This document shows, one piece after another, positions 1 through 12,200 of a DNA stretch of 64,000 nucleotides. How positions within the stretch are numbered: the stretch's first letter is position 1; every line of letters starts with the position of its first letter. The position numbers and the translations under genes were made by a program. Below the pieces are notes generated by a model. The model did not search any database and was not told the DNA's origin. It worked only from the letters and a program-made list of their open reading frames with translations. Source of the DNA: Octopus sinensis (lineage: Eukaryota); the NCBI RefSeq assembly GCF_006345805.1, contig NC_043003.1, positions 70,060,001 to 70,124,000 on the forward strand, given 5' to 3'.

Positions 1-284
1 TGAATAATATTTATATTTTCAGTCCTATTGTTCAGTTTGAGTTACTCCATTCAAAATACCACTTATGTGGAGCAGCTACCAGAGGCTTGCTACTCTCAAC
101 TTATATTAAATTTGTTAATTTGTTTCCTGAGATTAAATCATCTATTCAAGAGGTATGTACAACAGTCTTGTTTATAACCCAAATCATGTTTTGAAAATAG
201 ATTTTGTTGTGTCTTGGGTGGGTCATTATGCCATCAAGACACTCACTGGTTCTACTTCATTTCTTTATTTTTAATTTGTCAGTT

Positions 285-495
285 GGTTAACCATTTAACC
301 AATTAATTAATCCTTTTGATTAATCATTCAGTCAATCACTCAATCACCTAGGTTTGCTCTCTCTCTACTCTAGGTCACCTTCAGGAGTGGGAATTTCATT
401 GATGAAGTCATGAATGGTGTGAAAAGGACTTTGAACTGATTGAGTGATTCACTGAATGATTAATTAAATAATTACTTGATTAAATGGTTACTTAA
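285..495. mobile_element. Old MITE-like element with about 55-60 bp imperfect inverted termini; a related copy lies at about 14130-14425
   Basis: taaccatttaaccaattaatt...atcactcaatca versus tgattgagtgattc...gattaaatggttac; similar flank and arm sequence recurs in a later AP2A intron. Confidence 0.5.
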
Positions 496-1115
496 TTGAC
501 TAGTAAAATTTAAAAAGTGCAATAAAACCCATATAAGTGTATGTTTATTATTGGTCTAATGACCCTCCCAGCATGCAACAAAATCTGTTTCAACATGCAA
601 CTTCATATCAAATATCTTGCAAAAAGCAAATTTTGAATAATGTTTAACCCTTTTGATACCAACTTGCCTAAGATCAGCCCAAGTTCTTTGACATAGACCG
701 ACTGTTTCAAAGTAGCCAAAATCATAATCTGCCATCAAAATGTTATGCTAAATTGTGCCAGGCTCCAGCATAATAACTAGAAAGTTATTTTATTAAATTC
801 TTCATTATCTTAAAAATTACTTGAAACAAAAGCAGCATATGTTAACAGAAATATGCTAACAAAATTTTATTTCATCTCAAATTCTGGTGGCTTGATCAAA
901 TCTTTGTAATAAAGAAGATTTGATCTTTTTAATATTGAGGATTTTATTACAGCTGTTGTGAGGTGGTTGTGGTTGGTGTTGGTGGAGAATGAAAATGTCT
1001 TTCTAGGGCTGGTTGTGTATGGAATTAATGGCACTCAGAAACAATTAACAGAAGCTTTATTTACTGCACATAGTGTTGTCTGTGTTGGTCTTTGGATGAA
1101 AAACAACACCATTAA

Positions 1116-1331
1116 CCCTTTAGCATTGAGATTGGTCTGACAAAAAGCAGTGCTTATTTAATCACGTTGTTTTGAATTAATCCTGAATTATCTCATAGCT
1201 TTGAAATTTTGATGATATGATTGTGTGTTTTTAGAATGACATTGTAGGTCGTCTGAACATAATGATATCGCCTGGTCTAAACACAAAACAGAATGTTCTG
1301 GCTGGATTTGGCCGGTTTAAATACTAAAGGG
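1116..1331. mobile_element. piggyBac-like non-autonomous element (MITE), 216 bp
   Basis: TTAA|CCCTTTAGCATT ... AATACTAAAGGG|TTAA: TTAA target duplication plus CCCTTT inverted termini. Confidence 0.8.
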
Positions 1332-2179
1332 TTAACATACCAAGAGAGACATATTATTGGAATCTATGACAAACTAACTGGTACCTATCAACCTGTGGCT
1401 GGTTTGCCACAACTGGAAAATAATCCTGATACATTCATGGTGGCAAATCTGTGCCATGAGAATGGAGATGTCAAGCAGCTGTCTCAACATTCTAGAGCTG
1501 CCACTAAGAGACCCATTTCTTTTTATGGGGCTCATAAGAAAGATGTAGAAAGTCGTATCACATGTTGGCTTGATGCTGATTGGTCAGTTAATTGTCTAAT
1601 CACATGAAACATCAGTGGTCCTATCATGGTGTCTGCTATCTGGCGATTCAGTTTTGAATCTGCTACACAGCCATTTGAATAATAAGAGAATTGATAGTTA
1701 CCCTCGGCTGTCATATGGCAGCATGTACCATGCCTTCACACTTTGTAAATGGCACCTTTTAGATGATGATTTCTCGACAGTAATTTGGTCTGCTGAAACA
1801 CAAGAGCCATATCTCTTTCAACAAAATTCCTACCATCTTTCAAACAGAAACTAAATCTATCTTGTCCTAAATATTATTCTTGACAACCACAAATGTTCTG
1901 ATAATCAATGCTTTGGTTACCTTTAAATCATGGATCTATTCATGAGTTAAAAGTAGCTCCCCAACAGTAACAGTAATAATAGCCTGTCACGGAGTGATGT
2001 TAATGGTAAAGAATTATGTCTCGACTACTCAATCAATACTTTGAGAGCCAGGATAATATTCCCTTTGCAACATCTGCAATATGGAATAAAGAAAAAAAAA
2101 TAAATAGAAAAATGAATTAATTATGTTTTCTTGATTCAACAGTCCTTACCATTAACCTCATTTTTATATATGAAACATA

Positions 2180-2530
2180 AGGCTGTGTGGTTAAGAAGCT
2201 CACTTTGCAATGATGCAGTTTCAGGTTCAGTCCCACTGTGCAGCACTGTGAATGCAAGTGTATTCCACTAAGGCCCTGGGCCAACCAGTATTTTGTGAAT
2301 GAATTTGGTAGACAGAAAGTGTGTGTGTGTGTGTGTTTCCTCCTGTACCACCACTTGACAACCAGTGTTGTTATATATGATCCTCTAACTTAGAGATTTG
2401 GCAAAAGAGGCTGATAGAATAAGAACCAGACTTGGAAAAATAAGTCCTGGGGTTGATTTGTTCAACTAAACCCTTCAAGGGCAATGCCCCAGAATGGCCA
2501 CAGTCCAATGGCTGAGACGAGAAAAAGAAA
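2180..2530 (+). mobile_element. tRNA-headed SINE, family S2. Other copies at about 5690-5950(-), 11880-12110(+), 12250-12365(-), 36470-37790(+, interrupted), 40450-40790(+), 44050-44220(+), 45170-45350(+), 46600-46810(-), 47620-47860(-), 50350-50500(+), 58670-59100(+)
   Basis: Recurring ggctgtgtggt(t)aag head with a GGTTCAGTCCC B-box, accttgggcaagtgtcttctactat core (resembles the CORE-SINE motif) and gaataag...gtgccccagcatggcc...gactgaaac tail. Confidence 0.75.
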
Positions 2531-2689
2531 ATGAAATTTCATTTTTCAAATTCAAAAAACATATTTCTAAGATAATGGTTTCTTTGTGTCATTAAACCTC
2601 ATTCTTATGCCAGGAACATGTTTAACATGTTGTTTGTGAAGAGAGTGCAATTATGAATACAAGGGGCTGAAATGGCATTCCTCCAAAGG

Positions 2690-3055
2690 GTCTCTGGAGT
2701 AACATTACACTGCAGGATGCCATAGTTGAGAGATCAGGGAGTCTCTCCAGGTCAAGTCACTTCTGTTTCTCATTGAGAGGTCATGGCTCTGGTACAACAG
2801 ATACATGATTAGAATGTCTCTGGGAAGAATTACAAAATGGGTTCAAGCTGAACCAACTGGCAGGAGACCTAGGGGTAGACCAAGAATGAGATGGTTGGAA
2901 AATATCCATAGTCTCTGTTGGTCATGCTTGAGAAACCATCTGGAAAGTATAATGATAGTTACTTCTGATTAGACCCTATGGGGGTATGTTAGGACTCTGC
3001 ACCCCATGACCCTCTCCAGGAATAGTGAGTGGAGAAAGTAGATGGATAGAGGGAA
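2690..3055 (+). mobile_element. Degenerate RTE-clade LINE 3' fragment
   Basis: Encodes PTGRRPRGRPRMRWLENI, a typical RTE ORF2 end, followed by a ccccatgacc...gatggatag tail. Confidence 0.6.
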
Positions 3056-3178
3056 GGGCTCTACATTGTTTTACTAAGAAATTTTTTATGTTTTCTAAAT
3101 AGAAATTTGTTTTTAATGGCAATATTTTTCAGTTTAATAGTTATTGTTTTGTGTTTTTTCTTTTTTTTTTTTTCGCAG

Positions 3179-3280
3179 GTCCTTAAAAGTGGTAACAACT
3201 TAAAAAATCCAGATGTAGAAATCCAGCAACGTTCAATGGAATATTTACAGCTCAGTACTGTGGCCACTGCTGATGTCTTG
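3179..3280 (+). CDS. AP2A: AP2A exon ([34 protein letters not shown])
   Basis: poly-T...cgcag acceptor, gtgaga donor, 102 bp, phase 0/0. Confidence 0.96.
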
Positions 3281-6200
3281 GTGAGAGCAATTAACAATGT
3301 TTTACATCCTTCAGAGGGGAAACTGGGTCAATAAGATTATGAAACTGGATTAAATCAAACATCTTCTTTAATTCGGAGCCTCTAAATCGTATTTTTAACT
3401 TCCAAAAATTAAGCTGTGCTAGTGGCACGTAAAAAGCACCAACTGATCATGGTTGTTGCCAGCCCCCTCTGCCACTGGCACGTAAAAAATACCCACTACG
3501 CTCTCAGAGTGGTTGGCGTTAGGAAGGGCATCCAGCTGTAGAAACACTGCCAGATCAGACTGGAGCCTGGTGCAGCCTCCTGGCTTCCCAGACCCCAGTC
3601 AAGCCGTCCAACCCATGCCAGCACAGAAAATGGACGTTAAACGATGATGATGATGACTCGGTTATCATAGATCAGTAGTTTATACTCTAATCTTACAGCT
3701 TGGGAACTGGCTGTCCTCATAACTTGAAAAAGACTATGAGGCATATTGCTTCTTCTGGCCGTAATCATAACCTTTAATTTCTAACTTTTAATTGTAATTT
3801 TAAGAAAAAAGATGGAAGAATATATTACATTGTTATGATGTTGGAAGGGTAAAATTATTACTTCTGGAGGATGAAGTTCAATTATGGACATATCTGAGAA
3901 CTCATATTAACAATAGTAATAGTTTGTGATTTTCTTTTATGGGCACAAGGCTTCAGAATCTGGGTGAAGGGGTTAGTCAATTTACTTGACTATATCAGTG
4001 CTTAACTGGTACTTGAACTCAGAATGTAATGAGTTGGAAGAAGTACTTTGAAGCATTTTGTCTTCTGTGCTAATGATTCTGCTAGCTTGCCACTTTTTAC
4101 AATGATAATGATAATAATAATGATAATGATGATGATGGTAATTATATTTACAAATAGTCTTAACTCTTTATTTCTAATTGCTTTTCTACATATCATATTG
4201 ATGATATGATTAGCACTGCTATTCATATATTTATTAATAATTCATTATTAATTTTAGTGTTTAAGTTATATCCTTCATTTAAAAAAAAAATTGCTATATG
4301 TAATTAACAAGTTTGATTACACAGTTTTAAAGGGTTTACTTCTATATTTCTCATTTTAACTAAGTATATTGTTTTATTATCAAAAAGGCTACTGTTTTGG
4401 AAGAAATGCCTCCATTCCCGGAACGTGAGTCTTCGATTTTGGCTAAACTGAAGAAAAAGAAGCCATCAAGTGTGCCCGAAACAGCAGAAATAAAGGAACA
4501 TAAACATATACCTCAGGCCCAGATCAGCAACAATTTGGAACATGCTAGCTCACCTCCATCATCACAGGTCAGCTTTGAAAAATTTGCTCTCTCTTCACCA
4601 TTTCTGGTAATTGATATTCTTTGTAGATATAGTTGTATAAAAATGGTGAGATAAAAGTGTTAGCTGTGAAAAGAAATCCCACACAAATTTGCTTCAGATA
4701 AAAACTTCACCATAGATAATAATAAAGAGAATTTGATAGATATACATACTTATATTCGTGCATTCTTGATGTTGCTTGCTTTCTGACTCATATTTTCAAT
4801 CCAGTCTCATACTGTGAAGAGATAATTACCTCCCTTCGTATTAAAGGTCATCCAGAGACCACCACGCGCGTGTCCTAACGAAAGACAATCACTTAAAAAA
4901 GTGGTAGCCGTTTAGAAATATATAAGAGAGAAAGAAAATACTTGTGCATTATTTAATAATTTGTAAAATTTAATGAGAAGCAATCTTTCAAATGTAGGAA
5001 ATAATATTCTTGAGTCAGTTTTTACAAAACTTCTTTGTAAAATATTTCTGAATCTTTCCACTAATTTCTTCTAAGTTGGTTTTTGTTTTGGAGATTTAAA
5101 GTTTTACTTCTTAAAATATCCTTTGTTTACGATGGATTGTTATAGTGTCTTTTGTTGTTTCACAGGGCAACTTTAAATCAAGGGTAAGTGGAAGCACTAC
5201 AACCCTCCCTCTATGCATTATCTTGGATTAGATCCCAGTGTAGCTACTTTAAAACTACTTCAGATGTAGACATTATTTTCAAGTGTTTTCTAGAACTTCA
5301 CAAATTTCATCTGCATAACTGGCTTCCCTTTCTGCATCTGTGTGTGTAGATTGATTCATTGAATCTCTAATAATACAGAAATGATGCCACTTATTTCAAA
5401 TTCTGCTACTCTTAATTCAATGTATTTTTTTACCCTTTTCCCCATTTCAGCATTCCACTCCTAGCAACACAGGTGTCTCTATAGATCTTCTTGGGCTGGG
5501 ATCTTCTACACCTTCCACTACAAATAAGCTAACATCAGCAAGTGGTCTGCTGGTCGATGTTTTTGCTGATAATTATCCTACTGCATCAAACGGCTTAGAA
5601 TCATCCGGACTAACGTTGGGAGCAGATGAAAGTTTTAAAAAGTACGTATTCCTGCCTGTTTGTTATTCATTTATTTGTTTCAGTCATTTGACTGCAGCCA
5701 TGCTGGAGCACCACCTTTTAGTCAAACAAATCAATCCCAGGACTTAATCTTTGTAAGCTTAGTACTTATTCATCGGTCTCTTTTGCTGAACTGCTAAGTT
5801 ACATGGACATAAACACACCAGCATCGGTTGTCAAGAGATGGTGGGGGGACAAACACACAGACACATAGATATACGAAGGGCTTCTTTCAGTTTCCATCTA
5901 CCAGATCCTCTCACCTATTTCTTTACTACCCACAAGTATCTGTCTTATCATATATTTTCTTGTTCTTATTGGATAGTATGGGAAGCATGTTTTTTATATA
6001 TCAATATTATTATTATAATTTTATAATTTTATAGTTAGATGAGGCCTTTGGTTATTTAAACAGACAAATATAATCTTTAATGCCTAAGACTATACTACAA
6101 TGGCATATATGGACAATTTAAGTTGGATCGTCTCTTGACCATAGGCTAAAACAGCTGTAAGGAGCAGTTTATTTGTATTATTTTTATTTTATTATTAATT

Positions 6201-9200
6201 TACATCATCATCATCATCGTTTAACGTCCGCTTTCCATGCTAGCATGGGTTGGACGGTTCAACTGGGGTCTGGGAAGCCCGAAGGCTGCACCAGGCCAGT
6301 CAGATGTGGCAGTGTTTCTACAGCTGGATGCCCTTCCTAACGCCAACCACTCCGAGAGTGTAGTGGGTGATTTTATGTGCCACCGACACAGGTGCCAGAC
6401 GGGCTGGCAGACGGCCACGCTCGGATGGTGTTTTTTATGTGCCACCGACACAGGTGCCAGACGAGGCTGGCAGACGGCCACGCTCGGATGGTGTTTTTTA
6501 TGTGCCACCGACACAGGTGCCAGACGAGGCTGGCAGACGGCCACGCTCGGATGTGTTTTTTATGTGCCACCGACACAGGTGCCAGACGAGGCTGGCAACG
6601 GCCACGCTCGGATGGTGTTTTCTTATGTGTCACCGACACAGGTGCTAGACGAGGCTGGCGGACGGCCACGCTCGGATGGTGTTTGTTACGTGCCCTCAGC
6701 ACGGAGGCCAGTCATTGCGGTACTGGCTACGGTCACGTTCGGATGGTTTTCTTATGTGCCACCGGCACTGGTACCACAAGGATACAAATTCCATTGATGT
6801 TCATCTATTTTGATTTGGTTCGATTTGATTTGATACGATTCGATTCGATTCGATTCTCACTTGCCTCAACAGGTCTTCACAAGTGTCACAAGAAGGAAGG
6901 TATGCACAGGTGGACTGACTACGTCCCAGGTAGGGGCCACGGATTATGGCTTCACTAGTCTTGCCGGGTCTTCTCACGCACAGCACTTCCATAGGTCTCG
7001 GTCTCTAGTCATTTCCATGGTGAGACCTAACGTCCGAAGGTCGTGCTTCACCACCTCGTCCCAGGTTTTCCTGGGTCTACCTCTTCCACGGGTACCCTCA
7101 ACTGCTAGGATTGGCACTTTCTCACACACCTCTCTTCATCCATTCTCGCCACATGACCATACCAGCGCAATCGTCTCTCTTGCACACAACAACTGATGCT
7201 TCTTAGGTACAACATTTCTCTCAAGGTACTAACGCTCTGTCGAGTAAGTACACTGACATTACACATCCATCGGAGCATACTGGCTTCGTTCCTCACGAGC
7301 TTACGCATGTCCTCAGCAGTCACGGCCCATGTTTCACTGCCATGTAGCATAGCTGTTCGTACACATGCATCATACAGTCTGCCTTTTACTCTGAGCGAGA
7401 GGCCTTTAGTCACCAGCAGAGGTAAGAGCTCCCTAAACTTTGCCCAGGCTATTCTTATTCTAGCAGTTACACTTTCAGCGCACCCACCCCCACTACTGAC
7501 TTGGTCACCTAGATAGCGGAAACTATCAACTACTTCTAGTTTTTCCCCCCGGAAAGTGACAGAAGTTGTTTTCTGCAGATTTTCGGAGGTCAGTGCTCCA
7601 GAGCACCTGCCACATACAAAAACTATCTTCCCAGTTAGCCTACCTTGACATTGCTGCACCTCTTATGTGTCCATAGCTTACACTGGGTAATCTTATAGAG
7701 TTCTACCTACACCTTTTCTACAGATCGAACAGGGCCATCTCTTCTGATGATATTTGTGGGTTTTCTACCTTTCTACTTATTAGTACTTTGGTTTTAGCTA
7801 GGTGACTCTAAGGCCCCTCGATTCTAAACCCTCCTTCCACACCTGGAACTTCTCCTCCAGTTCTGATAGTGACTCAGCGATTAGAGCGAGGTCGTCAGCA
7901 TAGAGGAGCTCCCAGGGGCAACCGGTCTTGAATTCCTCCGTATTGCCTGGAGGACTATGATAAATAGGAGGGGGCTGAGTACTGAACCCTGGTGGACCCC
8001 AACCTCTACTTTGAATTCTTCTGTGTACATGATGCCAACTCTAACCTTACTTACGGCATCTCTGTACATGGCTTGCACAGCCCTCACATGTTGATGTATA
8101 TTGTTTTGTTAGATTTTCACGTTCCTATTTGTATAATTAATAAATAATATGAAATTGTAATATCCATAAGTTGATGATCGAAATGAATTTGTTCCCCCAT
8201 TTTCTTTCATTTCATTTCATTTCATTCATTTCATTTGGGTTTGAGTCCATGCTCAGGCCAAGTCGAAGACTCCACCCTCAGAGTCTGGTGTGGTTGCCAG
8301 GTTGTATTCTCTGCTTAAATTTGACATGTGTAGGAGCGAGTTTGAGTCAGTTTGTGCTCGTTGTGTATATCCTGGGAGATGGGGTTCATCTCTAATGGTG
8401 CTTAAGTATCTATCCAGTTGCAATTTGAATGATTCCACACTGCATCCTGATAGATTTCTGACATGTACCGGAATGGAGTTGAACAGTTGTGCTCCTCGAA
8501 CCAACAGACTTGATTCTCGCAGGGTTTTTGCTGCCTGGCCAGCCTTTTTGTTGATTGGTGGCAGCTGGCAGCGTCTTCCGTGGCGCAGTGAGTGGTAGGT
8601 TTGATACCAAAGTTTGGCACCTTCTGCTCTATCATTTTCCAAATGTATATAATTCGGTATCGCTCAAATCTTCTTTCTATTGAGTACATCCTCAAGGTTT
8701 GAGTCTTTGCCAATAGTCCAGGTCCCTCGTTTCTGAGAAGTATGAGGTAAAATTTCTTGGAGCGATTCTATCTTAGATAGTTGGCCTTTGTTGTTGGTGA
8801 CCACAACTGAGAACAGTAGTCAATCCTCGGAGTATCATACTGTTCCAGAGGGTTTTCATTGTTGAGGTATCTCTTGATTTGAAGGTGCGCAAGATCCACC
8901 CGCTGTACTTTCTGCAGTAAGACAGACTGAGTCAAGGTGTTTCTGAATTTTAGGTTGGTTCCCATGTGGATGCCTAAATCTTTCACATACTGTTTTTCCT
9001 TATTTGTTGTCCTGATGGGTTTCTGTAGTTTGTTGTATTTTTCAGATCTTGATCTGTTCCGTAGCGAATTAGTTCAAACTTCTTATCATTGAACAACATG
9101 TTGTTTGTTTCCTGCCATTATATATGGTGGTCAGGTCCTTTTGTAAGGCCTCTGTATCCACCTCGTCTTTGATTTGTCTCATGACCCTGGTGTCATCAGC

Positions 9201-12200
9201 AAAGGATGAGACGTTGCTGGTTGTATCTTCATCTATGTCAGAGATGAGGATGAGAAACAGGATTGGGCCGAGTACTGTACCCTGAGGAACACTGCTGGTC
9301 ACAGGTGATGGTGTTGAATGGGTTCCATTCACAGTGACTGTTTGAGTTCTATTTGTAAGGAACTCGTTTATCCATGTACCAACTTTTCCTCCTACTCCTA
9401 GCTTTCGAAGTTTGTGACCCAGGATGCCATGATCTACCTTGTCAAATGCCTTGGCAAAGTCGAGGTAGATAACATCTGTGTTGTATCCATCTCTAGATTT
9501 TCTAGGATTTGGTCATGGTGTGCCAGTAGTTGGGAAAGGCATGATCTACCTAACCTGAATCCATGCTGGTTGCAATTCATCAGATTGTTGGATTCCAGGA
9601 ACTCAACCAGTTTTCCACAAACTATTCTTTCGAAGACCTTGATAATGTGTGATGTCAGTGAGATTGGTCTGTAGTTCTTTGGTTTTGATTTGCTATCCCC
9701 TTTATGTATTGGAGTTATGTGTGCTTCTTATATGTATTTGGTATTTTGCCATTCTCCATAGATTCCCTCCATATCATGTAAAGGGGTTTCGACAATTGTG
9801 CCTTGCAGTTTTTAAGTATCATGGCATTGAAACCGTCAGGCCCCGCAGCCGAGTGCATGGAGAGCTTGTCTATTGCTCTTGCTATGTCTTCTGGGTTGAA
9901 ATCAATGTCGGATAGGGTAGGTTAGTATGGTCGATATCCTTGAAGAATTTTCTGGGTCATGGATCTTCATGGTTTTAGATGGCTCACTGAAGACACTTTC
10001 ATACTGTTGACCCAACATTTCTGCCATTTCAATAGGGTTATTCACTACATCCCCATTTTGTCTCTGGAGAGGTCCTATTGTTGACTTGGTGTTCGAGTAT
10101 TTCTTTGCAAAACTGTAGAAACATTTTGGATTTTTCTTGATGTTTTCTATGGCTTTCTTTCTGCATTGTTACGTTCTTCATCATAGTGTGTTTTAGATTG
10201 TCTTCTAATCTGTATATTTGGTCAAGGACTTTCTGTAATTCATGTTTTGATGTCAGCTTAGATTTTTGTTTCTTAGTCTTGACCTTTTGCGCATCAGGAT
10301 CTTTCGCTCCCGTGGTACAGGTTTTTTGTGGACTTGGTTTTCTTTAGAGGAACATTTTTTTCACATATTTCTTCGATCTTGTTTAAGAATTTCTTGTGTT
10401 TATCTGGCCCAGTAAGGTAGAGATCCCAGTCAATGATTTGTAACTGGTTGTTAATAGTTTCCCAATTTGCCTGGTGATAATCATACCTGCATAGCTTTGG
10501 CATGTCCTTTTGTTTAAGAGTTGTGGCATTGGGCTCATTACCAATGTGTAAATGCATTTCAATAATATTGTGGTCTGAAAGGATTGTTGGGGTGAGTGAA
10601 GGTCAAATAGCGTGTCCTCGTTGTTGGTGAAAACCAAGTTGATCGTATTATTATTTCTTGTTGCTTCTGTCATCATTTGTTTGAGGTATAATTTCTCTGT
10701 GACTTCCAACAGTTTGGCTGCCTGTATTTGTTCAGCTTTTGTCCCCAGTTTTAGTATGTGTCCATGTGGCCAGATGATGTTAGGAAGTTGAAGTCACCAA
10801 GGAGGATAATGTTGGCATTGGACTTGCCATGTTCCCAGAATTTGTTGGAGCTTCGTCAGTGGCTCAGTGAAGGATAATGTTGGCTGTTTGGCGCTCTGTA
10901 CATTATTGTTCAACTGTATTAAGTTGGATGATTTTTATGCACAGCAGGTTGCAGTAGGCATTTGATTCATTGACAAGTTCTATGCATGCATAGGTATCAT
11001 GGATATACATGAAACGCCCCCATGGGATCTGCCTTGTCTATCACATCTGAAGATGTTGAATCTATTGATTGTGATTTCGCTGTTGCGGATGTTTTCGTTG
11101 AGATGACTTTCAGTAATTCCAATTATTTTGGAGTTGTTTTCTGTTGCTAATTCTTCCAAGAAAGGGACTTACACTGTTTTGTTTTCGGATAAAGACCCTG
11201 GATATTTGCTGTTATTATGCTTGTTGTACCGGATACATCTGCCTATTGTTGGCAAGACTGTTGTGTAGTTGCTGGACTGTGCTGACTGGATATTCGGTCT
11301 GCTGGGCTGTCTGTATTTGTTGTACGTGCCCTGTAAGTCCAGGTGTCAGCCTTTGTATCATGTTGCCTGGTTTTGCTGAGTCGTCTGTATGGAGTACAGT
11401 TGTTGTAGTTGGTAGATTATGCCTAAAAAACTGCTTTCATTCATTACTATATCGAATTTCTGCGAGTTTGGGTTTGTTACAGCTGATGTATGCAATTGAG
11501 TAGCATGATTTTCATTCGCTGTTGAGCCATGACCTGGGTTCCGCATTTTGGGGAAATGGTTTTCATACCCTGCTGAGCCATGACCTGGTTTCCGCATTTT
11601 GGGAAATGGTTTTCATACCCTGCTGAGCTTGTCCTGGTGGTGTGGGTTCAGTAGTTTTTATGCGAATTGTACCCTTCCGGTGCATAAATTTGCAATTCTC
11701 ACCAAAAAATTCTTTTTTTCTCAGCGAATTGCGGCACGAATTTACGGTAAAATATTTTTTACCTTCACCCATTCAATACAGTAACTGAATTAATTGCATT
11801 GCAATTATAAGCATTTATGTATTTAATATTTGGGTACTTTACCAGCAGTATATTGGATAACTGATATCCCATAGTGGGTTAACTTCATAACCCCTATCTT
11901 ACTTTGTACTATATATATATATGTTTCTCCCCTACCCACTGCTTGACAACCTGTGCTGGTGTGTTTATGTCCCCATAATTTAATGGTTTGGCAAAATACC
12001 AGGCTTTGAAAAGAGGTACTGTGGGTTGATTTATTCAACTAAGATTCTTCAAGATGGTGCCCCAGCATGGTCACAGCCTAATGACTGAAACAAGAATAAG
12101 ATACAAGATAAAATGCATTGAGGGACTGACTGACCATTAGATACATCAGTTAATCCGTGCCCTTCTCAAATGCTTGTAGAGTTTTGTAGATTTTTTCCTT

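Noticed and set aside
1-3178. Additional upstream AP2A exon
   Set aside because: No segment encoding the expected preceding alpha-adaptin trunk sequence was found; the region is repeats and LINE remnants.
6376-6688. Regularly spaced repeats considered as a CRISPR-like array
   Set aside because: Contiguous tandem units with no unique spacers, in a eukaryotic retrotransposon UTR, and no cas genes.
6221-6958. Overlapping 90-190 aa ORFs on both strands, likewise at 45474-46264
   Set aside because: Products of the GC-rich VNTR in the RTE 3' UTR.
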